A DNA stretch of 58,679 bases from an uncultured bacterium. GTDB lineage: Bacteria; JAGOEH01. Below are positions 19,027-28,456 of the stretch, piece after piece. Under the pieces are notes generated by a model. That model saw only the letters and a program-made list of their open reading frames with translations, did no database searches and was not told the origin of the DNA. Position 1 is the first letter of the stretch; each line of letters begins with the position of its first letter. The stretch covers positions 62,001-120,679 of the forward strand of contig CAZWDO010000003.1 in NCBI GenBank assembly GCA_964632485.1, written 5' to 3'. A program made the position numbers and the translations under genes.

Positions 19027-21795
19027 CTATTGATGTTTACATACTGCAATCAGATAATCACTCTCAGTATTATTTTTTTTATTTAGCGGTGTGATGTTAC
19101 GATCAATCTGACCATAAAGCGCATAATCAAACCTTCCTTCCAACAGTTGGACAAACTCTTCCAAATTTAATTCTTTGACATGATGGGGATTGCTGCTTGC
19201 GCCTTTTTTTCGGTTTGGGGTCGAAATGATTGCCGTTCCATTCGGCTTGAGTATGTTTTTAATTATCTGTATAAACCATTCCTGATCATATAAATGCTCA
19301 ATTATTTCAAAAGCGATGACTCCATCAAATTGTTCAGAATAAGGGTACTCAAAAACGTCTCCCTGCTCAAACTTCAATATTGAAGTCTGATAGTTTTCAC
19401 GGGCATGATAGACCGCTTCCTTATTTTTATCCAATCCAAATCCGGAAGTAATGGATTTTTGTAACACATATAATCCATAGCCTGATCCAGAGCCAAGATC
19501 GATGAGATTTCCTTTCAGAAATGGTTTAGCAAAAAGATAACGGGCGACATGCTCCTTAATTACTTGACCAAAACAGAATCGATCAAGCTTGGGCGCGATG
19601 CGTTCCGGATAGAACCTGTTGCGATATATCTTCAACAGCCAGTTATCGCTGGTTTCAAAATCAATCACTTCTTTTTTATAAAAATATTTTAGTTTCCAAC
19701 CGTTTTGGTTGATTATATCCGTATCCCAGAACAGATCAAATATTTCCTGCAAGATGACCGGGGATAATTCCGGATTGATAATAGGAAAAAAGTTTCCATT
19801 CAATTCTTCATAATCACAGCTCCGAAAAAAATTTCGGTAATTATTATACTCTTCAGTCTGAGGAATTGGAGTGAAGATCATCAATGTTGCAGTCCCACCC
19901 AGCTTATGAGCAAAAATAATGGAATCGATAATCTCCTCCACAGTCTGTTCAGGAAGTCCGATGATAATATAGAATAAATATCTTAATCGATACTTTTTCA
20001 ATATATTCACCTGTTCGAAAATTTTGGTCATTTTGGCCGGCTTATGAAAGCGGTGATAATAAACATGGTATGAAGCGCTCTCCAAAGGTATAAAAAAACC
20101 TTCCAACTGATTGATCTTGAAAAAATGCTGAAAAAAATCATCGGTAAGCTTATCAATCTGAAACCCGTAAGAGCCATCGATGCTAACCGGATACTGATTA
20201 TCAATTAAATAATGAAGGAATTTCATCAGATTGTTTTTAGCCAGCATCAAATTGCTATCCCAAACCATGAATTCCCTGATCCCTAACTGATAATAGTATT
20301 GAAACTCATTTATAATCTTTTCATAAGAATAGAAGATCAACTGGTTTTCAACTTTTGGCACCGCGCAGTAACTGCACTGATTCGGACAGCCTTTGATAAA
20401 CCTCATAATTGCCCTATCAGGCAGATAGTCTAACAATTGCATCAGCGGATAATAATTATGAGCGTCCTCAAACTCTCCACAATGCGCATGATCGCATTCG
20501 GGGAAGCTGAATCCATCGGGAATCAGGATTGCCGCCGGCCCGCCGATCGTTACCCGGCACTGAGGAAACATCATTTTAATGATCCGGGCAATTTTTTTAA
20601 TATTGTAAATATGATATGTAAATGTAGCCGTTATCATCACTTCATCAGGAATATCATTCCTTGATTTCAAGTCATTCAGCATTTTTCTGAATCCACTGTA
20701 AGGCAATCCGTAATGATAAATCGGTTTTTCTAAATTTTCCAGTTTTTTCTGTCCTAATTTCACAGCGTACCCATAATAGTATGGCATAAAATCATAAAAA
20801 TATACATCATGTCCCTGAATCAATAAATAATGTGCAATTCTAAGCAATCCAGTCGGAATATTTCTTCCAATGGAAGTGGACATATACTTCCAATACTCAG
20901 GCGTATCTCTTACGGGAGGATTAATTAGCAGGTATTTTCGGGGTTCCTTTTTCTGTTTGGATTCAAAGAAAAAATATCCGCTGTTCTTGATCCGCAAATC
21001 GGGAAGATTCAGTTTATGATAGTTCAATTCATCGAAAATTCCTTGCCTGATAGAGGGATGATGACGCCATTTTTCTTTCAGGCGAACTAAATTTTTAATA
21101 CACTGAGAAACCCTTCTCTCGCTTTGAAACGATACCCCATTGATATGAGTGATGTATATATTTTTGCTGATTCCAGTTTCAAATCCGAATTCTTTTGCTC
21201 GCCAGCAGAAATCGACATCCTCAAAGTACCCATACCCAAAATCCGGATCAAATCCACCTATCAAATCCGTCACCTGTTTTCTGATCATCATACAGAAACC
21301 AAATATAAAATCACATTTTTGGATCGCCTGAAGCGTCGGTATCCCGACAATGAATTTGTTGAATGCATTTACATCTTTCTGAGTGATTTTTTCTCCAAGG
21401 TTTACATATCCCGAATAATTAAAAAAAGGGATATTCGTCAATGGACCCAAAACTCCCAGTTTGTCGTCGCTTCTTATGGCATTTAGCATTAATTCCAGCC
21501 ATTGGGGCGCTAATGCAATATCATTATTAAGTATGACTTTATAATCTGCATCGCTAAATTGTAACCCGCGGTTCACGCTGTATATAAACCCGCGATTGAT
21601 GCGATTGGTAATTAATTTAACATGGAGAGTATCCCGCATATCGTTGAATCCGTCAGGAAATGGTACATTACTGCAGTCATTGATCATAATAACCCGATAA
21701 TTCGGGTATTGGGTATATTCTCTTATCTTTTTCAACAAACGCAGTGTCAAAGTCAAATGATTAAAAAAAGGAATAATTATATCTACACTTTCCAT
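19027..21795 (-). CDS. Three-enzyme fusion: GT2 glycosyltransferase + B12-binding radical SAM + class I SAM methyltransferase
   Basis: N-terminus: DIIIPFFN, INDCS, LNND, GFCMMI, YFEDVDFCWRA. Middle: LLINPP..PTGLLRIA..IGGPAA, KGCPNQCSYC, YIIIGLP, FTPIPQT. C-terminus: EHVARY, DLGSGSGYG, FEIIEHL, STPN, NPHH..E. Confidence 0.88.
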   Translation of the reverse strand: MESVDIIIPFFNHLTLTLRLLKKIREYTQYPNYRVIMINDCSNVPFPDGFNDMRDTLHVKLITNRINRGFIYSVNRGLQFSDADYKVILNNDIALAPQWLELMLNAIRSDDKLGVLGPLTNIPFFNYSGYVNLGEKITQKDVNAFNKFIVGIPTLQAIQKCDFIFGFCMMIRKQVTDLIGGFDPDFGYGYFEDVDFCWRAKEFGFETGISKNIYITHINGVSFQSERRVSQCIKNLVRLKEKWRHHPSIRQGIFDELNYHKLNLPDLRIKNSGYFFFESKQKKEPRKYLLINPPVRDTPEYWKYMSTSIGRNIPTGLLRIAHYLLIQGHDVYFYDFMPYYYGYAVKLGQKKLENLEKPIYHYGLPYSGFRKMLNDLKSRNDIPDEVMITATFTYHIYNIKKIARIIKMMFPQCRVTIGGPAAILIPDGFSFPECDHAHCGEFEDAHNYYPLMQLLDYLPDRAIMRFIKGCPNQCSYCAVPKVENQLIFYSYEKIINEFQYYYQLGIREFMVWDSNLMLAKNNLMKFLHYLIDNQYPVSIDGSYGFQIDKLTDDFFQHFFKINQLEGFFIPLESASYHVYYHRFHKPAKMTKIFEQVNILKKYRLRYLFYIIIGLPEQTVEEIIDSIIFAHKLGGTATLMIFTPIPQTEEYNNYRNFFRSCDYEELNGNFFPIINPELSPVILQEIFDLFWDTDIINQNGWKLKYFYKKEVIDFETSDNWLLKIYRNRFYPERIAPKLDRFCFGQVIKEHVARYLFAKPFLKGNLIDLGSGSGYGLYVLQKSITSGFGLDKNKEAVYHARENYQTSILKFEQGDVFEYPYSEQFDGVIAFEIIEHLYDQEWFIQIIKNILKPNGTAIISTPNRKKGASSNPHHVKELNLEEFVQLLEGRFDYALYGQIDRNITPLNKKNNTESDYLIAVCKHQ

Positions 21796-21820
21796 TTAAT
21801 CCTCTTTGGAGTGAATTGGT

Positions 21821-22705
21821 TTATGATCGACTGTTATTCGCCGGGGGCGCTTCTTTTATTACACTCCCGTACGATGGGGAGTTGCAACTGTTAAACCATT
21901 GTTTCAGAAGGTAATTCAATAAAAATGAATAAGGATTGTTCTTTATTTGACTGATCAGTCCGATCACTTTTGACCGGAAAGAATTCTCAACCTTATGCCA
22001 GATGGGAGTATCGCTCAGTAGGTGAAGATGGAAATTAATGATTGGCTTTTTCTCAAGATATAATCCATCATCATGAGAATCGATCCGATTGATCAGGGGA
22101 TATTTCCAGGCTCCGATATTGCAAGTATCAGGGAATACAGTATATTGATACTGGCCGGTATTGAGCACAATCTCCAGTGGTTTTTGATCTACAAAATATT
22201 TGCGTTCGTTTATGATTTTCCCCCAGTCCTCCACAAACTTCATATTCCTGACTAACACCATACCGCTATTATACTTGCCGACATAATCCAATGTTTTAAC
22301 CTTAAGAATGGAGAAATGGCCGGTTTGATCCGAAACCATGACATCATAGTGGCTTGAAAGAAACTCATTAAAAATGGATTGGACCGAATATAAAAACAAC
22401 AGATCGCAGTCAAGTAAAAAAGCATATCCGTTCTGACGGATTGATTCCATGCAAACTGTTATTTTATGCGATACAATCCGGAGGAAGTTATCCTGTTTTT
22501 CGAGTTTAAGGTGATGACCATCCGAGCAATCGATAATTGGGATAGTCCTGATATTTGGACAGAAAGAGAGTCTTTCAGCAGAAAAAAAATCCGTCGCCAC
22601 AATCCATTCGCAGGGCTGGAATAATTCGAGGCTGGTTTTCATCAACATGAACTCATTAACCGTGCGTTGCGTACATACACACGTAAAAACGATGGCTTTA
22701 TGCAT
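21821..22705 (-). CDS. GT-A fold nucleotide-diphospho-sugar transferase (GT77/GT8-like)
   Basis: K...C...I, LLDCDLLF (DxD), YNSGMV, FVDQKPL, CNIGAW and FHLH. Confidence 0.75.
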   Translation of the reverse strand: MHKAIVFTCVCTQRTVNEFMLMKTSLELFQPCEWIVATDFFSAERLSFCPNIRTIPIIDCSDGHHLKLEKQDNFLRIVSHKITVCMESIRQNGYAFLLDCDLLFLYSVQSIFNEFLSSHYDVMVSDQTGHFSILKVKTLDYVGKYNSGMVLVRNMKFVEDWGKIINERKYFVDQKPLEIVLNTGQYQYTVFPDTCNIGAWKYPLINRIDSHDDGLYLEKKPIINFHLHLLSDTPIWHKVENSFRSKVIGLISQIKNNPYSFLLNYLLKQWFNSCNSPSYGSVIKEAPPANNSRS

Positions 22706-23831
22706 CTGAATCCCCAGAAGATTGAACGTGATTGAATAGTACTGAAGTCAATGGATTGAGGAAACAAAGCGCCTGACATTCGAGTTGTTCCAGCTTTTCC
22801 AGTAAAGGAGGAAATACATTGCGATAATCATAACAGCGGGAAACCAAGATGTTTTTTTCACCCATTTCCCGGGCTGGTTCCTGATGATCCATGAACCAAA
22901 CCAGTGATGATACCAGTTCTGCCATATCCACCTCATCGTTCCGAACAGAAACCAAATACCCGTTATCGCCATCCCTGATCAGTTCATTCAAAGCCTGCCA
23001 ATCGGTAGTGATCACAGGTAATCCGGACGCCATGGCTTCGATCACAACACGTCCGAATGTCTCGCCCTCAAAACTTGAGAGATGAACCAGAATATCAGAC
23101 TGTTTAAAAATAGCAAATTTCAATTGCGGTTGATCGATCAAATCGCCCCACCAGCGGACATTTGTCGATACCCCCCGCATCGAAATCAATCGGATAATCG
23201 ACAGATAATATTCTAATTTCTCTGGCAGATTGGAAATAATATGAAGCTGCCATTTTTTATTTTTAAACGCTTGCTGAATAGCCGGAATAATCCGGTGCAG
23301 ATGCCGGTAGTTCTCCAGACGGCTGCAAAAAACAATCTGGAAAACATGTTGATTGCCCCCGGACCAGGGGATAATTTGACGTATCATTTCAGAATCAATC
23401 GGAATCGGGAAATTAATGGATTGAAGTCCGGGAGCAAGCTCAGCCATACGGTCAGCCGTATAATGGCTGAAAGCCAGTAATAAATCTTTATTACAGATCA
23501 ATCCGGCGATTGAAATCCATCGGTGCTTCCAAGGTTCTATAATAAATGGAAAGAGAATGAACCCTATATCCAGATTGGATGCATAACGATAGGAAAAGAA
23601 ATCAAAAAGGATGAACACATCATTAAAAAAAATAAACCGAATTTCCTTTTTGACGACATCGTCAAACCAAATTTTAAGATTGGTTTTTCGTGGACTATAC
23701 TTCAGAGGGATCATTTCTGCATACATGGAAAAATATTGTAACAGTTCGGTAATCGTAATTTTATGGCTGACATTTGAAAAACGCTGGATATCAAAATAAG
23801 CAATTTTCAGTTTGGGTGAAGTCTTAATCAT
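22698..23831 (-). CDS. Glycosyltransferase family 4 (GT-B)
   Basis: ETFGRVVIEAMASGLPVITT...ELIRDGDNGYLV (EX7E motif). Confidence 0.9.
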   Translation of the reverse strand: MIKTSPKLKIAYFDIQRFSNVSHKITITELLQYFSMYAEMIPLKYSPRKTNLKIWFDDVVKKEIRFIFFNDVFILFDFFSYRYASNLDIGFILFPFIIEPWKHRWISIAGLICNKDLLLAFSHYTADRMAELAPGLQSINFPIPIDSEMIRQIIPWSGGNQHVFQIVFCSRLENYRHLHRIIPAIQQAFKNKKWQLHIISNLPEKLEYYLSIIRLISMRGVSTNVRWWGDLIDQPQLKFAIFKQSDILVHLSSFEGETFGRVVIEAMASGLPVITTDWQALNELIRDGDNGYLVSVRNDEVDMAELVSSLVWFMDHQEPAREMGEKNILVSRCYDYRNVFPPLLEKLEQLECQALCFLNPLTSVLFNHVQSSGDSDA

Positions 23832-25006
23832 AACAAACCAACCCGGTGAATAAACGACAGAAAATTCTTTTCAAGTATCCCGCGCCATTTTAACCAGTTC
23901 TGACGGGAGATTTGGCATGATCTCTCATAATACTCCGGTTCATGCAGTAATCGTCGTAACCGAAAAGAATAGGCCTGAATAACCTGTTCGGGGGCGCAGT
24001 TTTGAATATCAACCAGATTCTGATCATCCGGAATAATTTCCGGAATACCGCCAATTCTGTTCGCCAGAATCGGAATTGAATATGACATTGCTTCAAAGAT
24101 GACCCGGGGACATGCATCTTTGACAATGGAAGGAACCAATAAAATCCGGGTTCGAGAATAAATACGATAGATCCTGGGTGTTGAATTGATAAAAACCAGA
24201 TTCGGGTTGAGGGGGCGATTCAGTTTGTTGAAGAATGTTTTTTTTCCTGAAACAGCCACAAATATTTTTTCGCGGAACAAGCAGGACAATAGAAAAAAAA
24301 GATACCCTCCTTTTTGAGGCAAAAAATTGATCAATGTGATCCATTCTTTGGCGCTTGGTAAACAATCAGGAGTTTTGGTATCCACGATTGGATAAAGAAC
24401 AAAAGAATTGATTCCATACGCCTGTTTTAATTCTGTTTGAAGAAAAACGCTGCTGACAGAAACAGGCACTCTTGCGAGCGCCGCTATCAATTCCATTTTA
24501 TATGGAAATGAAAACTGAAACTCAATCGGTTCCATCGATCGGATAAAATGAAAAACCGGATAATCTCTAGCGGCTTCCATGGAAAACAGATCATATTGAG
24601 TTGTAAAAACCAGTCTTGGGACCCATTGATCAATATACCGGCGCATGAAATCCACTAACTCACTCTTGATCTCGGGCGCCTGCTGGGAGTATAGCATACC
24701 AATCGGAAAGGGAGCGCGGATGAACATAAACCACAACCGATTGCGTTGAAATGTCATTATATCTTCCTGAATCAGAAATTCCGAGACATCCGGATCAGCG
24801 GTAATCTGTCTCTCTATTTTATTCCAATTACAATTTTTATCCCAAAAATGCGCAACGGCGCATCGGTCATAATATTGCTGAATTGACTCTAATAGCGAAA
24901 TCAAAGAGAGAGTTCCACCATCGTTAAAATGAATATTAAAGTAACCTGTAGATAAACGAATAGCAGAATGTTTGAAAAGAGGTGAAATAGCGCAGCTTTT
25001 CTTCAA
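23828..25006 (-). CDS. Glycosyltransferase family 4 (GT-B)
   Basis: KGG, TRILLVPSIVKDACPRVIFEAMSYSIPILANRIGGIPE. TTG start after GGAG. Confidence 0.85.
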   Translation of the reverse strand: MKKSCAISPLFKHSAIRLSTGYFNIHFNDGGTLSLISLLESIQQYYDRCAVAHFWDKNCNWNKIERQITADPDVSEFLIQEDIMTFQRNRLWFMFIRAPFPIGMLYSQQAPEIKSELVDFMRRYIDQWVPRLVFTTQYDLFSMEAARDYPVFHFIRSMEPIEFQFSFPYKMELIAALARVPVSVSSVFLQTELKQAYGINSFVLYPIVDTKTPDCLPSAKEWITLINFLPQKGGYLFFLLSCLFREKIFVAVSGKKTFFNKLNRPLNPNLVFINSTPRIYRIYSRTRILLVPSIVKDACPRVIFEAMSYSIPILANRIGGIPEIIPDDQNLVDIQNCAPEQVIQAYSFRLRRLLHEPEYYERSCQISRQNWLKWRGILEKNFLSFIHRVGLL

Positions 25007-25009
25007 GTT

Positions 25010-25480
25010 TCAACTCCCGAATAAGCGCTGGAATTTCTGAAGGAATTTTCCCTTTAAACCACTTTTAAAATTAATTTCTAACCTATTGTTATTGCAATAT
25101 ACTGCTATTATAAACAGGGATAGTGCAGAAAAAAAGGCGCTGACTGTAATTATAAGGAATGTCTGCAAATCGCCCACCTGAAAAAGCCATGAAGAAGATT
25201 TATCATGCGCTGAATTTTCATGTCGTGATAGCAGTAGAGAGTCTTCTTCAAGAAGTAAATACAACATACTATTACCCGGCTCCAATCTTCTAAGACCCCA
25301 GCCATTGTCATTATTTCTATTATGATTGACAATCCTGCTTTGTCCCCCACCTCTGCCACTCCTCCAGATTTCATTAAAAGAAGGTTTACTACAATTATCC
25401 CACACATCTCTATACTCAGCTCGTCCAGTTAATATTGAAAAACTAAGAATACTTATAACTAACAAAAAATTCTTAAACAC
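25010..25480 (-). CDS. Hypothetical exported/membrane protein heading the glycosyltransferase operon
   Basis: GGAGG RBS 7 nt before GTG; signal-peptide-like N-terminus and a C-terminal TM helix. Confidence 0.65.
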   Translation of the reverse strand: MFKNFLLVISILSFSILTGRAEYRDVWDNCSKPSFNEIWRSGRGGGQSRIVNHNRNNDNGWGLRRLEPGNSMLYLLLEEDSLLLSRHENSAHDKSSSWLFQVGDLQTFLIITVSAFFSALSLFIIAVYCNNNRLEINFKSGLKGKFLQKFQRLFGS

Positions 25481-26268
25481 ACATTAACCTCCAATCTACG
25501 CGAAAAAACCACAGATACCATTTTATTATTCACAAGATACTGGTTAATAAAAATAAAGATAGGAAAATTTAATCGCCCTACCGTGAATATAATAGGAATA
25601 ATTTTTATAAATGTCAAGAGGGAAATAAGTATTTAAGACTAGATAGTTTTTAAGATTCCACCGACATTTTTTGTCGAATTTTCCAAATGCGCTCTGAAAT
25701 CAGAAAAATTTGACATGCCAAATTCCATTTTTATATGTTATTTTTATTTCCATGAGGCATCAAGTTGTCTATCACGCTTTAATCATTTGAACGAAGAGTT
25801 CATAAAATTAACTCTTTGTTCAGGCAATTCCATTGAAATTATCTTTGAAGTAAAAGTGAAGCTTGGATCGAATAGGAATAAAATTGAGAAAAACACCCTG
25901 TCGATATGGAATGAGACGGGTTTGAAAGCGATTGACTTCGCGTTATCTTGATACGAATGACGAACCGCGCTCGATATCCGGATTGTGAGCAGGTCCTTAT
26001 CGCGCTTAAGGCGTTGGAGAATTGGCGATACGTCGCGGCAAGTTCTTAGCGTCTCTCATGCTGCCGAATATGTGGTAAAATCGTGGACTGGGTCTTACGT
26101 CAAGAGGATAAATGTCGGCAATGGCTGGATAGCAGCGTTTGAGATTCAGTTCGTCGCTAAATAAATTATGGGTATTGAATTGTCTGGTTTATAAAATACG
26201 CCAATGGAATTAAACCAGAGAAATTAGCGAAGGTTTGATTAGTGAATTCGATATTTGTTTTATTAGCT

Positions 26269-26297
26269 TGACTTTTGAAATTAAATTGATTATAATT
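26269..26297 (+). promoter_or_regulatory. Putative sigma-70 promoter
   Basis: TTGACT-N17-TATAAT upstream of the hybrid kinase. Confidence 0.6.
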
Positions 26298-26451
26298 CAC
26301 TTGACAGATACTCATTTAGTCAATAGTTTAAAATATTGAACTAAATGGAACACAAAAAGTTCTGGAGTATTTGTCAACTTTATATTTTTTTACTTGCAGA
26401 TTTCATGTACTATTATTATATAGAATGAACATTGATTTAAAGGAAATGAAG

Positions 26452-28290
26452 ATGGACATGGTAACGAAACGGTTCCGGGAATTGATGGACCGTTTAGGCA
26501 GTGAAGAACAAACGATCATCTTTCAGCAATTTGAAATTCAAATGCAGGAATACTTGCATGATAATTTGGAAAATATTCGACTGGCAGATCAGTTTTCCAC
26601 CACACTGGCGAATCATAGATATCAAACGTTGGTCGATTTAATCCCCGATATCGTGTATCGTATTGATCCTGAAGGTATTTTTACATTCATATCTGATTCA
26701 ATAGTTTCATTGGGTTATACCCCTGAAGAATTGCTGGGTGAGCATTTTTCCACTATTATTCATCCGGAGGATTACCCTCTTATATCCAGGAAACATGTTC
26801 TTGGGCTATTAAAGGGCAAAGCCACGGGTCCCGAGAAAGCGCCTAAGCTTTTTGATGAGCGCCGGACGGGGCCGCGAATGACTAAATATCTGGAAGTTCG
26901 GCTCATGCCTAAAGGGAGTGGGGAAATCGCTAATATGCAGGAATATATGTTTGGAACGGTCAATTGCTTCGGTGAAGTCGTTTCGACAGGGATATATGAT
27001 CAACAGTCGGGGCAGGAGAAAAAGGTTCTGATAGGGACTGTCGGTGTTGTTCGCGACATTACGGCGCGCAAGAAAGCCGAAGAAGAAAAGAAACGATTGG
27101 AGCAACAACTGTATCAGGCCCAAAAGCTGGAAGCGATCGGTCGTTTAACTGGAGGCATTGCCCATGATTTTAATAATATGCTGGGTGGTATTATGGGTTT
27201 TGCGGATTTATTGAGGCGCCGGATTAGTGAGAAAGACGAAGTCTTAAGGCATTATAGCCAGGTTATATATGATACCAGCCAAAAAGCGGCGGGGTTAACT
27301 TCCAGTTTATTAGCGTTTGTCCGAAAGGAAAAAAGTGAAATACGGGTGATTGATTTTCATGACGCCATTCTGCGAATATTTAAACTTATTGAACATACTT
27401 TGGACAAACGTATCAAAATTAATCTGCAATTGCTGGCGGAATGCGCCAATTTGGAAGGGGATTCAGCCCAACTTCAAAATGTGCTGGTTAATTTGGCGAT
27501 TAATGCCCAGGATGCCATGCCCAACGGCGGTGCAATTATAGTGAAAACTGAAAATATTTCCATTACGTCTTCAGATAATTCCGTACCTCCTCCCGGAGAA
27601 TATTTTCACTTGCAATTCATTGATGAAGGGCAGGGAATTCCGGACGAGTTGAAGGAAAAAATTTTTGAACCTTTTTTTACTACCAAAGATCCGGGACGCG
27701 GTACCGGATTGGGGCTTTCTATTATCCGATCAACCATTGAAAACCACAAGGGATTTATTACCCTCAATAGCGAGTTTAGTAAGGGAACTACTTTCAACCT
27801 TTATTTCCCGCTATCCGGGGCTGTTGTATGTTCGACCGGAGAAGAACTTGAGACAATCCCCCAGGGCAAAGGAACGATTCTTTTTATTGACGATGAAGCT
27901 GTTATCCGTCAGGTTGTTAATGAAATGTTGAAAGATCTCGGTTTTCAGATTGTAATCAAAGAAAACGCCCGGGAAGGCATCGATTTTTTTTCTCGCCATT
28001 ATCAGAATATTGATCTGGTGATCATTGATTTGATCATGCCTGAGATGAATGGTTATGACTGTTATCTGGCATTAAAGGAGATTGATCCAAACATGCATGT
28101 CATTATTGCTTCGGGATATGCGGTTAATGTCGAAACAAAAAAAATGATGCGGGAAAAATGCTTGGAATTTTTACAAAAACCGTTTGAGATAAAACGCTTG
28201 GCCAAGTCGATTCAAAAAGTTCTAAAAAAAAATTGTGTGCCAACCTCGGCTCATAGTGAAATGCCTCCGATGAAACCCTCAGAAAAATAA
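26452..28290 (+). CDS. PAS hybrid sensor histidine kinase/response regulator (CckA-like)
   Basis: PAS domain, QAQKLEAIGRLTGGIAHDFNN, NLAINAQDAM, FFTTK..GRGTGLGL and receiver IDLIMP. Start could be 26425, 26446, 26452 or 26458. Confidence 0.92.
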   Translation: MDMVTKRFRELMDRLGSEEQTIIFQQFEIQMQEYLHDNLENIRLADQFSTTLANHRYQTLVDLIPDIVYRIDPEGIFTFISDSIVSLGYTPEELLGEHFSTIIHPEDYPLISRKHVLGLLKGKATGPEKAPKLFDERRTGPRMTKYLEVRLMPKGSGEIANMQEYMFGTVNCFGEVVSTGIYDQQSGQEKKVLIGTVGVVRDITARKKAEEEKKRLEQQLYQAQKLEAIGRLTGGIAHDFNNMLGGIMGFADLLRRRISEKDEVLRHYSQVIYDTSQKAAGLTSSLLAFVRKEKSEIRVIDFHDAILRIFKLIEHTLDKRIKINLQLLAECANLEGDSAQLQNVLVNLAINAQDAMPNGGAIIVKTENISITSSDNSVPPPGEYFHLQFIDEGQGIPDELKEKIFEPFFTTKDPGRGTGLGLSIIRSTIENHKGFITLNSEFSKGTTFNLYFPLSGAVVCSTGEELETIPQGKGTILFIDDEAVIRQVVNEMLKDLGFQIVIKENAREGIDFFSRHYQNIDLVIIDLIMPEMNGYDCYLALKEIDPNMHVIIASGYAVNVETKKMMREKCLEFLQKPFEIKRLAKSIQKVLKKNCVPTSAHSEMPPMKPSEK

Positions 28291-28456
28291 TCTGAGTTCT
28301 TGTTAAATCTACCCATACGTATTCAGTATTTTGCGCATTAATAATTGAGGAAAACTACGGTTAGGAATAGTATGGGCTGATGGATTGCAGAGTTGCCGGG
28401 TGGATCGAAATTTTATGATAGCTCAGTAAATTTAGTCCGATTAGAAAGAGGATTTT

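Noticed and set aside
28291-28456. Cobalamin riboswitch upstream of the BtuB-like receptor
   Set aside because: No recognisable B12-box or conserved GGGAA/GCCACTG elements.
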